From contig JBAUVQ010000204.1 of NCBI GenBank assembly GCA_049583305.1, forward strand, positions 1 through 54,911: a stretch of DNA of 54,911 bases, written 5' to 3'. The notes under the pieces were generated by a model, which saw only the letters and a list, made by a program, of their open reading frames with translations, had not been told where the DNA came from and searched no databases. Position 1 is the stretch's first letter; every line of letters starts with the position of its first letter. The DNA is from Methylocystis sp. Its GTDB lineage: Bacteria; Pseudomonadota; Alphaproteobacteria; Rhizobiales; Beijerinckiaceae. Of this stretch, positions 20,973-32,258 are shown piece by piece. A program made the translations under genes and the position numbers.

Positions 20973-21968
20973 TCACGGACACGGGCGATCAAACAAATTC
21001 ATGAGTGTCGCCGCGCCCGTCGCCTTGCGCAGGCGCGGCAAGCGAAAACCATCCTCGATCGTCGCCAGCAACGAATAATGGTTCAACGGAGTTGCGTTTG
21101 TCGCGGGCGCGCCGCAAGCCGTGACCACGATGGTCGCGACGCGATTGTCCTCGAATCCCTCGGCGCGGGATTTAATGGACTTGGGCGTATCGCTCGAATC
21201 ACCCTCGTCAAAGGTAATGACAATCGCCGAGTTTCGGGTCCAGTTCGGCGAGGCCCGGATCGCGCCGATCGTTTGCTTCAGAAACTCATCGAAGTCGCGC
21301 GCCAGTTTAACGGGATCCCCGCACGCGGCCGCGCCGTGGCCGTCGTGACAGAGGTTTGGAACGATGAACGCGAAATTTGGAGCCGCGCCGGCGAGATCGC
21401 TCCTTAGCGTGTCGAGCGGCTTCAACTTTTCGAGACGCGACGGGCTCTTGGCGATTTTATCGAAATAGGCGAAAGGATTGTGCTTTTGAGCATAGAGCGC
21501 CGACGGCCCCAATGGAGAGGCTTGCGTCAGGTCGCCCGCCGCCGGCAACGTCTCCGCGTAAAGCGCGAATGTAAGACCCGCTTTTTCGAGTTGATCGACG
21601 AGGGTGTCGCCCTCGAAATGATAGCAGGTCTGAAGCGGCAAAAGGTCCGACGCGAAACAACTTGGCGCGTCGGCGCGGACGCCGAATTCATCTCCAGCAA
21701 GCATGGCCAGATAGTTCGGCAAGCTGGGATGGGTCACGCCGGAGTAATGCGTCGCCAATCCTTGATGGCGCGAGAGCTCGACCAGAAAAGGCGACGAGTC
21801 GGCGTCGAGAGCGTCGTCGAAGTCGTGATTTTCGAGCACGACAACAAATATGTGGTCGAAGATTTTCGCGCCCCCGTTTTTGGCGCCGCGCGAATCGGCC
21901 CCCAGCGCCGTCGCGGACGCGAACATGAAAAGTCCGAGGACAAGGTTGCGCAAGACAAATTTATGCAT
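20973..21968 (-). CDS. Secreted phosphoesterase (acid phosphatase/PLC-like, alkaline phosphatase superfamily)
   Basis: Signal peptide; HIFVVVLENH, HPSLPNY, KHNPF, CHDGH, ITFDE, NHYSLLATIE; alternative start at 22043. Confidence 0.88.
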   Translation of the reverse strand: MHKFVLRNLVLGLFMFASATALGADSRGAKNGGAKIFDHIFVVVLENHDFDDALDADSSPFLVELSRHQGLATHYSGVTHPSLPNYLAMLAGDEFGVRADAPSCFASDLLPLQTCYHFEGDTLVDQLEKAGLTFALYAETLPAAGDLTQASPLGPSALYAQKHNPFAYFDKIAKSPSRLEKLKPLDTLRSDLAGAAPNFAFIVPNLCHDGHGAAACGDPVKLARDFDEFLKQTIGAIRASPNWTRNSAIVITFDEGDSSDTPKSIKSRAEGFEDNRVATIVVTACGAPATNATPLNHYSLLATIEDGFRLPRLRKATGAATLMNLFDRPCP

Positions 21969-22024
21969 TGAGGACGCGCTCCTCGCGGCCGTGGGGCTGG
22001 ATGACTGTTTCGCCGTAGCAAAGC

Positions 22025-22381
22025 TCACAAGCCCATTTGCCATTCACGCCTGCCTCGAAACGCTCGCAACGACGCGACGCCCAGCAGAACGCCGAATGTG
22101 GCGCCGCCCGCGCTCGCGAACGCGTCCCAGACGCTCGGACTTCGCAGTGGAACGAAGTTCTGGAGTAGCTCGAACCCGCCACTGGCGACGGAGAGACCTA
22201 GCCAACCCAATATGCGTTCCCGACTGGACCAATAGCCGAACGCAGGCAGGAACCCGGCGCCGGCGTATGCGATGAAGTGCTCCGCCTTTCCCGGCAGGAA
22301 AGTGTGGGGCCGCAGTTCGCCGGGAACCAGCGAGAGCACGGCGATCATTAGGAAACTGACCCACGCGAGACGGCGCGCCAA
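22025..22381 (-). CDS. VanZ-like membrane protein
   Basis: LSLVPGELRPHT...AEHFIAY...FELLQNFVPLRSPSVWD; start uncertain, ORF open to 22666. Confidence 0.75.
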   Translation of the reverse strand: MARRLAWVSFLMIAVLSLVPGELRPHTFLPGKAEHFIAYAGAGFLPAFGYWSSRERILGWLGLSVASGGFELLQNFVPLRSPSVWDAFASAGGATFGVLLGVASLRAFRGRREWQMGL

Positions 22382-22944
22382 CGATCGCGAAACGCGACAG
22401 GCGTTGCTCCGCGCCCGTCCCTCGATCCACGCGCGGGCGCCCGGAGCGACCCTCGCCGGCGCTTCCCTAACGGCGGAGGCGTCAAGTCGAGCCGTCGCAA
22501 CAATTTGGTCTTGCGCGAGACAAGCGCCTCGAGCGGAAGGTTCGTCGTTCCACGCCATTGCTTCGAAACTCCATCTCGACGAGACAGCCAAATCGCGGCC
22601 CTCGCCAACGGTCGCTCGAGCAAAGCCGAGTCGCGCATGTAAGATCACAAACATCGAGCGTTTCACAAGCCCGTTTCAACGATCGTTTCGTTTTCGAATC
22701 ATCGTCCTAGGGGGCGGCAGGCGAAAGTCGTGGCGAAATCGACCGGAAACGCCTTCTAGCTCGTGGGCGACGCCGGGGGTTCAAGGCCATGCGCGAGATG
22801 CCGGGTCTCTCTCGGGAATCCTTCGTACTTCCAGCATCGCACGTCGAGCGACCACGGGTCTTGCCATTCGGTATCGGGAAGGATAGAAGCCGTTGCAGTT
22901 TCACGGAACGCCGCTCGCAGTTTGCCGAGAGCGGTCCGCGGCAG

Positions 22945-23021
22945 GCGCCCGTAGCTCAGCTGGATAGAGCACCAGACTACGAATCTGGGGGTCAGAGGTT
23001 CGAATCCTTTCGGGCGCGCCA
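22945..23021 (+). tRNA. tRNA-Arg(ACG)
   Basis: gcgcccgtagctcagctggatagagc...ccagactACGaatctgg...ggttcgaatcc...cgggcgcgCCA; 77 nt. Confidence 0.98.
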
Positions 23022-23105
23022 TTCAAATCAAATAGTTAAGTCGAATTTTTGACAGCTGGCCCGAAAGTCCCTGATTTCGGTAAGCATGTGGTAAGCAGAA
23101 ATCGG
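23022..23105. mobile_element. Integrative-element attachment-site remnant (IHF site plus arm-type direct repeats)
   Basis: AATCAAatagTTA (23026-23038) fits the IHF consensus WATCAANNNNTTR; GGTAAGCA repeated at 23079 and 23090; no integrase gene follows. Confidence 0.55.
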
Positions 23106-23359
23106 AAATTCGCGGCAAGCGCCGGCGATCGATTCTGAAGCGCCGCGCCCCCCACCCATCACCATCGGGCTCGCTGGTCCGCAATTCCACCTTATCGCCA
23201 TCCCGGGCCCCATGCCGCCGGATGAGCGCCCTCCCGCGCGATCGCGGGGCGCCGCCCAATTTCCGGAGTCGAAGGGAAAGCCGCCCGTCGAAGCCAACGC
23301 CGGCAGGGGTGACGATGATTCAATCCAGACCTTTTCCCGCCGCCAATTCAATGCGCGCC

Positions 23360-24637
23360 TCACGCGAATGCTTGCGTGATATCGGCGATGAGATCGTCAG
23401 GATGCTCAATCCCGATCGACATACGGATCAGGGCCGGTGTAATCCCGATTTCACGACGAGCTTCCTCGGTAAGCCCGGAATGCACAGTCGTCGTCGGATG
23501 GCAAATCAAAGATTCCGTGCCCCCGAGGCTGACCGCGAGCTTGAACACTTGCAGTCGATTGAGAAAGGCGAACGCTTCCGCTTGCTGTCCTCTGACCTCG
23601 AACGAGAACGTCGACCCCGCTGAGCTGGATTGACGCTCCATCAAGATACGGGTGGGGTGATCAGCGGGCAGCAGCGCCGGGTAATGAACGCACGCCACTT
23701 TGGGGTGATGGGAAAGGAAATCCGCCACTATCGCCGCGTTGCTGGCGGCTCGCCCCATGCGCAGCGAGAGCGTCTCGAGCGAACGGCCCAACATCCAGCA
23801 TGAGTGTGGATCGAGTTGCGTGCCGATCGCGCCGCGCATCACGCGAATTGGTTTCAGATCGGCGCTCGAGCCCAGGATCGCGCCGCCGATGAGATCGCTA
23901 TGCCCGCCCACGTATTTCGTCAGCGAGTAAAGGGATAAATCGGCGCCATGTTGAAGCGGCGATTGGAACACGGGACCAAGAAGCGTGTTGTCGCAACAGA
24001 TGATCGGTCGAGAGCCTTGCTTGCGACCTATTTCCTCCGAAACGCGCCTAACCAGCGCGATATCGACAAGGCTATTCATGGGATTCGACGGTGTCTCGAT
24101 AAAAATTAGAGCGACGCGTCCGGCCGCCATGGCGCGCTCGGCGCCAGCGCGAATGCTTTCCTCGTCAAGTCCGTTCGTAAAACCGACATCTCTGACGCCG
24201 AATGGCGCAAGAGTCCCGCCGATCAGGACTTCCGTGCCCCCGTATAGCGGCCGGCTATGAAATATCGCTTCGCCGGGATGCACATAAGCGAGGATCGCGG
24301 TGACGATCGCCGACATGCCCGAGGAGAACACCAGCCCGGCTTCGGCTTTCTCGTAGATGGCGAGTCTGTCTTCGACAATTTCCAGGTTCGGATGATTGAA
24401 GCGGGAATAAACGAGCCCGGTTTGCCCGTCGACCGGAGGCGGGCGGCGTCCCGCGATATAATCGAAGTAGTCGCGGCCCTGCTCCGCCGTCCGAAATACA
24501 AAGGTAGACGTCAAAAACACCGGCGGTTTGACCGAGCCCTCGGAAAGAGCGGGATCATAGCCATAACCGAGCATCAGGGTTTCCGGATTCAGCATGTGCT
24601 CGCCGATGCTGGCTTTGTGATAGCGCGCGCTGTCCAT
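23360..24637 (-). CDS. PLP-dependent Cys/Met metabolism enzyme (methionine gamma-lyase/cystathionine gamma-synthase family)
   Basis: [56 protein letters not shown]. Confidence 0.92.
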   Translation of the reverse strand: MDSARYHKASIGEHMLNPETLMLGYGYDPALSEGSVKPPVFLTSTFVFRTAEQGRDYFDYIAGRRPPPVDGQTGLVYSRFNHPNLEIVEDRLAIYEKAEAGLVFSSGMSAIVTAILAYVHPGEAIFHSRPLYGGTEVLIGGTLAPFGVRDVGFTNGLDEESIRAGAERAMAAGRVALIFIETPSNPMNSLVDIALVRRVSEEIGRKQGSRPIICCDNTLLGPVFQSPLQHGADLSLYSLTKYVGGHSDLIGGAILGSSADLKPIRVMRGAIGTQLDPHSCWMLGRSLETLSLRMGRAASNAAIVADFLSHHPKVACVHYPALLPADHPTRILMERQSSSAGSTFSFEVRGQQAEAFAFLNRLQVFKLAVSLGGTESLICHPTTTVHSGLTEEARREIGITPALIRMSIGIEHPDDLIADITQAFA

Positions 24638-24741
24638 GGTATTTCCCCTCGAACCGGCGGGCGACCGCGGCCATCCAGCGACGTCCGCCAGGAAATAAAA
24701 TAGAGCGCTAAAGCTCAGCCGCTGCCCCGATCGAAATATTT

Positions 24742-25968
24742 TCAGGCGGCCGCGTCGGCAAGAGCCTTAAGCGCGGCGTCAATATCGGCTTGCGTATGGT
24801 CCGCGCTGATCTGGAAGCGAATCTCCTCATCGCCTTTCGGCACCACCGGATAGGTCAGGCCGGTCGCGAGAATGCCACGTCGCCGCAGGTGCGCGACCAG
24901 CGCCAAAGTGCGCGCGGCGTCGCGCGCCAACAGCGGCACCACCGGGTGCTCGCCGGGCAGAGTCTCGAAACCGAGCTTGATCAACCCCGCCTTGAAGCGC
25001 GCCGTCATCTTACGCAAGTGCGCGAGTAGAGCCGCGCCCTCCGCACTGTCCACGATGTCGATCGCCTTGTGGGCGGCGGCCGCTTCGGCTGGCGTGATCG
25101 GGTTTGAATAAATATAGAGGGGCGACGTCTCGCGAAGGTAGCGGATCATGATCTCCTCGGCGACGACGTAGCCGCCATTGACGCCAAACGCCTTGCCGAG
25201 CGTCGCGACGAGCAGATCGGCCGGCGCGGAAGATGTGAATTCCTCGGAACCCCGGCCGCTCGGTCCAAATGCGCCGACCCCGTGCGAGTCGTCGACCACG
25301 ACGATCGCGCCTTCCGCGAATGCGCTGTCGTAACCGCGCGCTAGGGCCAAGATGCGGTCGAGCGGAGCATGGTCGCCGCGCATGCTGAAGACGCCGTCGG
25401 TCACCACGATCGCGCGGGTGACGCTCTTCGCCGCCGTTTCGAGGCGGCGCTCAAGCTCCCCCATGTCGAGGTGCTTGTAAATGTGTTTTTCGGCGGGTCG
25501 CGCCAACGCAATGGCGTTGATTATACAGTTATGGTTCAGTTCATCGCTGATGATCGCGGTTTTCTCGGTTACGAGCGGCGGGATTACGCCCATGACCGCG
25601 GCATAAGCGGATGAGAACAGCATAGCCGCCGGCCGGGCATGGAAGGCCGCGAGCCGCCTCTCTAACGCGACGTGAGACGACCATGTTCCGCTAATGAACC
25701 GCACCGCGCCGGGGCCGACGCCGTAGCTTGCTCCAGCCGCTTCCTCCGCCGCGACCACCTCCGCGTGTAGCGCCATGCCAAGGTAGCCGTTGGAGTTCAT
25801 GCGCAGGAACGGCGTCCCGCCCTCGCCTTCGATAAGATATCGTGGACCGTGATCGTCGCCGGGCGCGATGAATCCGCGGATCACCGTTTCCTTTCCCTTG
25901 AGCCTTCCGGTTTGCGCGAGTTCGTCCAGACGCGCGGCCAGCGATCTAGTCAGTGCGTGAGTTGGCAT
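24742..25968 (-). CDS. kbl: Glycine C-acetyltransferase (2-amino-3-ketobutyrate CoA ligase) family
   Basis: [55 protein letters not shown]; overlaps the upstream SDR gene. Confidence 0.82.
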   Translation of the reverse strand: MPTHALTRSLAARLDELAQTGRLKGKETVIRGFIAPGDDHGPRYLIEGEGGTPFLRMNSNGYLGMALHAEVVAAEEAAGASYGVGPGAVRFISGTWSSHVALERRLAAFHARPAAMLFSSAYAAVMGVIPPLVTEKTAIISDELNHNCIINAIALARPAEKHIYKHLDMGELERRLETAAKSVTRAIVVTDGVFSMRGDHAPLDRILALARGYDSAFAEGAIVVVDDSHGVGAFGPSGRGSEEFTSSAPADLLVATLGKAFGVNGGYVVAEEIMIRYLRETSPLYIYSNPITPAEAAAAHKAIDIVDSAEGAALLAHLRKMTARFKAGLIKLGFETLPGEHPVVPLLARDAARTLALVAHLRRRGILATGLTYPVVPKGDEEIRFQISADHTQADIDAALKALADAAA

Positions 25969-26953
25969 ATAGTTCCTCGCTTTCCGGGCTGTCGGCTTTC
26001 CGCGCGCCCTCCGCCGCGCGCAGGCGCGCGAGCATGTCCGCCGTCATCGCGGCGAGATTGAAGCGAGGCGAAAACCCCCAATCTTCCCTGGCGACGGTGG
26101 CGTCAAGTGATTGCGGCCAGGAATCGGCGATCGACTGGCGCATGGGGTCGACCTGGTAGTCGACATGGAACCCGGGGATATGCTTGCGAATCTCCGCCGC
26201 CAGTTCGGCGGGCGTGATGCTCATCGCTGTCACGTTGTAAGCGTTGCGGTATCTGAGCCGTGTTGCGTCCGCTTCCATCAGCTCAATCATCGCGCGGATC
26301 GCGTCCGGCATGTACATCATATCGAGCCGTGTATCCGCCGCCAGAAAGCAAGCGTAATTCTTTCCGAGTGACGCTTGGCGGAACATCTCGACCGCATAGT
26401 CGGTCGTGCCGCCGCCGGGCGACGCGATGCACGAAACAAGGCCCGGTAGCCGCAAGCCCCGGACGTCAACGCCAAAGCGGCTCGCATAATAATCGCACAG
26501 CAGTTCACCCGCGGCCTTGGTGACGCCATAAATGGTGGTCGGCCGCTGGATCGTCACCTGCGGGGTGCTTATACGCGGCGTGGAAGGGCCAAAGGCGGCG
26601 ATCGAACTGGGGAAAAACACTTGGCAACGAAACAGTCGGGCTGTTTCGAGTAAGTTATGGACCCCGCCCATATTGATGTCCCAGGCGTCCCGCGGTCGCT
26701 TCTCGGCGACCACGGAGAGGAGCGCGGCAAGGTGATAGATCACGCCGATGTCATGTCGGCGCATGATATCGACCATCTGCCGCGGTTGCGTGCAATCGAG
26801 TTGCTCGTAGGCGCAGCCCGCTCTCGATAGCCGCGACGGCGCAATTTGCAAATCGGAAGCGACGACGCGCGCGGCGCCGTATCTTTCCCGCAAGGCGGGC
26901 GTCAACTCGGAACCAATCTGACCGAGCGCTCCGATGACTAAGATTCGTCGCAT
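25946..26953 (-). CDS. L-threonine 3-dehydrogenase, SDR/epimerase type
   Basis: ILVIGALGQIGSEL, HLAALLS, PSSIAAFG, RPTTIYGVTK, GGGTTDYAV, MMYMPD, RQSIADSWP. Confidence 0.88.
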   Translation of the reverse strand: MRRILVIGALGQIGSELTPALRERYGAARVVASDLQIAPSRLSRAGCAYEQLDCTQPRQMVDIMRRHDIGVIYHLAALLSVVAEKRPRDAWDINMGGVHNLLETARLFRCQVFFPSSIAAFGPSTPRISTPQVTIQRPTTIYGVTKAAGELLCDYYASRFGVDVRGLRLPGLVSCIASPGGGTTDYAVEMFRQASLGKNYACFLAADTRLDMMYMPDAIRAMIELMEADATRLRYRNAYNVTAMSITPAELAAEIRKHIPGFHVDYQVDPMRQSIADSWPQSLDATVAREDWGFSPRFNLAAMTADMLARLRAAEGARKADSPESEELYANSRTD

Positions 26954-27353
26954 ATCCCTTGCCGAACGATGACGAACGGCTCCCCTACGGCGCGGGCTCT
27001 CCGAGGCGCCCGCGACATCACCATACACCCATCACTTAAAACTTCTTGGCGGCGGGCCAATATCCTTCAGGTCGATATTGATCGGTCGCCGAGAGGCCGG
27101 TGAATGCTCGTTCCAGTCGCGAGAGCTCGCCCCGGTTGTTTGGACGGCGCCCCGCGGAAATTAGATGGATTCCCGCCGGATTGGCTGAACGCGGGGCTTT
27201 CGCGATTTTGCCTCGGCCTCGGGAGACGTTCCGCGGGGGCAAGGTCGCTTCGCGGGAGGCGGCATTATTACGCTCTTACGTTCGCCAGCTCGCGCCACGG
27301 CTGACGCGACGACGCCGCCTGTTGACCGGCGCGGAAAACGCGGCCAAGCGTCG

Positions 27354-27371
27354 GCGTCATTCGAGTGTCAC
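27354..27371 (+). promoter_or_regulatory. Putative Pho box
   Basis: GCGTCAT-tcga-GTGTCAC versus CTGTCAT-N4-CTGTCAY, about 140 nt upstream of a phosphatase-family gene. Confidence 0.45.
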
Positions 27372-27509
27372 CCACCGCGGAGACTGTCTTTCGAAGAGTC
27401 GATCCATCGCATACTTTGCCTGCCGACCACGAAACCGCCAATGCTCCGTTCGCGCGGACGGAAGCGGGAGCGCGCCATCGGCTTCAAAGCATCACTCGGA
27501 CCAGCCCAA

Positions 27510-30487
27510 ATGACTCGCTTGACTTCAAATTTTCTCTCGGCGCTCGTTGTCCTGGCTTGCGTTAGCGGCAATCCAAGCAAGGCGGACGTCGACGCGGGGC
27601 GCGCCGATACTTTTTTTGGCGGCGAGGCGCTTCCGACCGGCGCGCGCATAACCCCGCTCGCGGCGCCGGGCGCGCGTTTTCTCTCACTCAATCCCAACTT
27701 GCCGCTCTTACCGGACTTCACGGCGGGTCAGGCGGTCGAGTTGGCTGTCGCGCCGGATGGCGGCGCGCTTCTCGCGCTCACCAGCGGCTATAACCGCAAT
27801 CTTGGCCCCGACGGCACGCCGATCGCCGCGCTGTCCAACGAATATGTCTTCGTTTTCGACATTTCCGGCCGCGAGCCGATCAAACGACAAGTTGTTCAAA
27901 TTCCCAATAGTTTCCTCGGCCTCGTTTGGCGTGCGGATGGCGCGGGCTTTTTCGTCTCCGGCGGTGTCGACGATAACATCCATGTCTTCAAGCGCGACGG
28001 CGTGACCTTCGTCGAGGACGGCGCGCCCATCGCGCTCAACCATAAGGCGGGCAACGGCCCCGATGTGAAGCCCGTCGCGGGCGGCCTCGCGGTCAGCCCC
28101 GATGGCAAACGGCTGGTGGTCGCCAATGTGCAGAACGACAGCGTCAGCGTGATCGACATCGACAGGCGCGTGGTTGTCGCCGAACTCGATTTGCGTCCTG
28201 GAAAGATTGATCCGGCCAAGGCCGGAACGGCGGGCGGCGAATATCCTCTCGGCGTCGTCTTCGGCTCGAATGATCGCGTCTTCGTCGGCTCCATGCGCGA
28301 TCGCGAAATTCTCATGCTGTCGCTGAACGGCGGCACGCTTTCGGTCGACAAACGCATCAAACTCACGGGCCAGCCGACAAAGCTCATCGTCAACAAGGAT
28401 CGCTCGCGGCTCTTCGTCGCCGCCGATAATTCGGACACGGTGGTCGTGCTCGACGCCGGGGATGGAGACATTTTGACGGAGTTCCCGACCGCGGCGCCGC
28501 CGGCGCTTTTTCCCAGCCCCGCGAATTGCGCGGCGCGAGCCCGAACAATCTCGCGCTCTCTCCTGACGAGCGCACGCTCTTTGTCACCAACGCCGGATTG
28601 AACGCGGTCGCGGTCGCGCAACTCGGCCGCGACGCCCTCAACGACGAAACCGAAGGCAATAACGCCGCGGATAAGCATGACGACGACGCGAAGACGCCGA
28701 AAAAGAGCCAGGTCATCGGCCTTATTCCCACGGGTTGGTACCCCAACGCGGTGGCGGTCGGACACGGCGGCGGAACGCTTTTCGTCGTCAATGGAAAGTC
28801 GAACGCCGGACCCAATCCCGGCGCGTGCCGAGACGACCTCTCCGTGACGAACACGGGATCGCCAACCTGCCGCGCGGCGAACGAATATGTTTGGCAGATG
28901 TCGAAGGCCGGCTTTCTCTCCCTGCCGACGCCAAGGCCCGCGGAGCTGGCGCGTCTGACGCTTCAGACAGCGCGAAACAATCATTTTCCTGGGCTCGATG
29001 AACGGCGTGAAAGCACAAAACTCATGGACTTCCTCCATGAGCGCATCAGGCATGTGGTCTATATCGTGAAGGAGAACCGCGGTTACGACCAGGTGCTCGG
29101 CGACCTCGAAATCGGCGACGGCGATCCGTCGCTCACGCTGTTTCCAGAGGCCACGACGCCCAATCATCATGCGCTGGCGCGCGAATTCGTGACGCTCGAT
29201 CGTTTCTTCGATTCAGGCGAATCCTCGAACACCGGGTGGCAATGGACAACCGCCGCGCGCACCAATGATTATTCGGAGAAAAACGCGCCCGTATCCTATG
29301 CGGGACGCGGCTTCACCTATGATCAGGAAGGCTCCAACCGCAATGTCAATGTCGGCCTGGCCACGTTGGGCGAGCGGCGCGTCGCCAATCCCGCGACGCC
29401 TGGCGATCTCGATTTGCTGCCCGGACTCGCCGATGTCGCGGCGCTCGACGCATCCGCCGAGAATGGCGGCGCGGCGGGCGCGGGCTATTTGTGGGACGCG
29501 GCGCTACGCGCGGGCCTGACGATCCGCAATTACGGATTTTTTGGCGATCTTTCCCGCTATTCCGCCAAGGACGATAGCGTTATTCCGCCGATCCGCGATC
29601 CTTTCGCGGAAATGCGTCAGGCGTTCTTCCCCGCCAAGGCGGCTTTGATCCCTCACACAGACATTTATTTCCGCGGTTTCGACATGACTTATCCAGATTT
29701 CTATCGCGTGAGGGAATGGCGACGGGAATTCGCGCGGCAAATCGAACAGGGCGCCATGCCGAACCTGACGCTGCTGCGACTGCCGCTCGATCATTTCGGC
29801 TCCTTCGCCACGGCGATCGACGGCGTTAACACGCCACTCCTGCAAATGGCGGACAATGACTACGCCATCGGCGCGGTCGTCGAGACGATCGCCGCCAGTC
29901 CCTTCGCGAAGGACACGCTGATCTTCATCATCGAGGACGACGCTCAGAACAGCGCCGACCATGTCGACGCCCATCGCTCCATCGCCTATGTCATCGGTCC
30001 CTATGTGCGCCAAAAAGCGCTGGTCTCGAAGTCCTATACGACCGTCAACATGCTTCGCACGATCGAGGATGTTTTGAGCGTCCCGCCTCTCGGCCTCAAT
30101 GACGGCCTCGCCGAACCGATGGCCGAAGTCTTCGACAAGACGCGGGAACGCTGGTCCTACACCGCGACAATGGCGGAAATTCTGCGCGCGACGAAATTAC
30201 CGCTGCCCGAGGCGCCAAGGCGCAAGGCCGGAGGCGAGCCGCCGTGTTTCGCTCGCGACGCGCAAGACGCCGCCTACTGGGAAAAGGCCATGGCGGGTCA
30301 GGATTTTTCGCGAGAAGACCGTCTCGACACGGCGCGCTTCAATGCGGCGTTGTGGCGCGGCGTCAAAGACGACTCACCCCCGCCCCCGTCAGCTCTCGCC
30401 AAGGACTTGCGACAGGGCCGCGAAGCGCTCCTGGTCGATTGGCGCATTGGCGCTTCTTGCGCGTTCGCGGCTCCAATCGGGCCTTGA
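27510..30487 (+). pseudogene. YncE/YVTN beta-propeller plus alkaline-phosphatase-family protein, frameshifted near 28517-28520
   Basis: Signal peptide and propeller repeats in one frame continue in the -1 frame as RELRGASPNNLALSPDERTLFVTN, then HVVYIVKENRGYDQVLGD, TPNHHALA, DNDYAIG, IEDDAQNSADHVDAHRS. Confidence 0.85.
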
Positions 30488-30527
30488 GCCCCGATCGGCG
30501 CGACTCGTATCGCGACGCGCTTCGGCC

Positions 30528-32258
30528 TCACGGAGTGGCGACGACGGCGCCGGTCGCGGGATCGAGAAACAAGTCGCGGGACTTGTCGTTCTCGCGCCGA
30601 TCGAAGTCGAACATATTGTTCAATCGACCGGCGATCGTATCGAAGGAGCCCTTGGGCTGGATTCGCTGGCCGGCCAGCCAATTGTCCTCGATGAAGCGGA
30701 GCACCGAGCTTTGGTCGGTCAGGGTGTGATCGACAAAGTTCGACTTGGCGAAACGCGAAATCACGAGCAGCGGCACGCGCGTTCCGTAGCCGCAGCGGCC
30801 CTGCGCTGGCCGGCCAAAGGCGCCGTCGAGCGGAACTGTCGCGACGGGAAAACCCTGTTGCGCGCCGCGCTGGCAAACGCCGGGACCGTTCAAAGCGTCG
30901 GCGGAGGTGAACGACGGATTGACGATAGGCGGCATTTGATGGTCGTACCAGCCGTCGGAGTCGTCATAGGCGATGACCACCGCCGTGTTCGACCACTGAT
31001 CGTGTTTTTGCAGCGCGTTGAGTACGCTTACGATGAAATTCTGTTCGTCGATGGGATTGGAGTAACCGGGATGTCCATCTTGATAGGCCGGCGCCTTAAG
31101 GAAGCTCACCGCTGGAAGGTCGCCCGCGCCGAGCGCGTCGAAAAAGTCGTGAATGTCATAGGCGTGGTTCGCGGGATCGATCTCCCCCGTTATGGGATCG
31201 CGCGCGTGGCCGATGGCCGCGGTCGACTTTGGACGCTGATGGGCGATGTTGCGCGTGGAGGCGTAATATTGGAACCATGCGTGGTGCGGAATATAGTCGA
31301 GCGTGGCGGCCTGGGACGCGCCCGGCGCCCGCGTCGCGCTCGACCGTTGGCAGCCGCTCGTGCCGTTGGGATTCGTTGCCGTGAGATCGAAGCCGCCCAT
31401 GAACGAGCCCCACGAAATATCCTTGGCGTTGAGCAGATCGCCAATGTTCGGGCCATGCATCGTCACCTGGTCCGCGCTTGACCTGGAGCATATATCCAAC
31501 AGCGGATCGGCGTCGCCGATGACGGTGTAATTGCCATTGCCGTCTGGCGTCTCGTTCCTCGGATGCAGAAGCTTGCCCGATCCGTCGACCACGTTCCGCG
31601 TGGCGTCGACACCATTGGTCTGTCCCGAGATCAAATTGAGCGCGCCCGGCGTGGATGGACCGAACGTGGTCGTCCAGCTATTGTCGTTCATCGCGAAACG
31701 CCGCGCATAATTCCATAGGGCGGTCACGGTATTGCCGTCGTAATAGCCCATGACGATGTTCTTCCCGAAGCCCTTCGAGGCGTCGCCCCGCCCGGTGGAA
31801 CTCGGGAAAGCGTCCATTTTACCATCGTCGTCGGCGAGTTGCTCGGCCAAATCTTCGTGATCCTGACTCGATGTGCGCGCCTTCATTGGCGACAAGCGAA
31901 ACGGATTGGAGGCGTCGCTCCCGTTTATCGCGGCTCCGCTCCCTAACGGTCCATTGGGATTCTTGCCGATGAGGTCGACGCCTTCGAGTGGGGCGAAACC
32001 GTTGTTCACATCGAGCGGCGTCAGCAAATTATTGACGCTAATTGGAGTCGTCTCCAGCACCGCGAACCGGGTTTCTCCGGCATCGTTCAGCGCGGTCGGG
32101 TAAGCGCCGAAATAATGATCGAAGGAAACATTCTCCTGGAATATGACCACGAGATGCTTGATCGGCGTCGCGGTCTTGATGCGATCCTCGGCGACGACGC
32201 TCGCCGAGGAGGTCGTCATCATGGCAGCGAGGCCGCTTAAGAGGATTCGGTGTTTCAT
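30528..32258 (-). CDS. Secreted phospholipase C/acid phosphatase (AcpA-like phosphoesterase)
   Basis: Signal peptide; PIKHLVVIFQENVSFDHYFG, TFGPSTPGALNLISGQT, YDDSDGWYDH, GTRVPLLVIS. Confidence 0.92.
   Translation of the reverse strand: MKHRILLSGLAAMMTTSSASVVAEDRIKTATPIKHLVVIFQENVSFDHYFGAYPTALNDAGETRFAVLETTPISVNNLLTPLDVNNGFAPLEGVDLIGKNPNGPLGSGAAINGSDASNPFRLSPMKARTSSQDHEDLAEQLADDDGKMDAFPSSTGRGDASKGFGKNIVMGYYDGNTVTALWNYARRFAMNDNSWTTTFGPSTPGALNLISGQTNGVDATRNVVDGSGKLLHPRNETPDGNGNYTVIGDADPLLDICSRSSADQVTMHGPNIGDLLNAKDISWGSFMGGFDLTATNPNGTSGCQRSSATRAPGASQAATLDYIPHHAWFQYYASTRNIAHQRPKSTAAIGHARDPITGEIDPANHAYDIHDFFDALGAGDLPAVSFLKAPAYQDGHPGYSNPIDEQNFIVSVLNALQKHDQWSNTAVVIAYDDSDGWYDHQMPPIVNPSFTSADALNGPGVCQRGAQQGFPVATVPLDGAFGRPAQGRCGYGTRVPLLVISRFAKSNFVDHTLTDQSSVLRFIEDNWLAGQRIQPKGSFDTIAGRLNNMFDFDRRENDKSRDLFLDPATGAVVATP

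Noticed and set aside
22756..23022. 88-aa minus-strand ORF MARPKGFEPLTPRFVV
   Set aside because: Antisense shadow of tRNA-Arg
26954..27300. Glycine riboswitch upstream of tdh-kbl
   Set aside because: The GGAGAG...CCGAAG...CTCTCAGG aptamer motifs are not present on the minus strand
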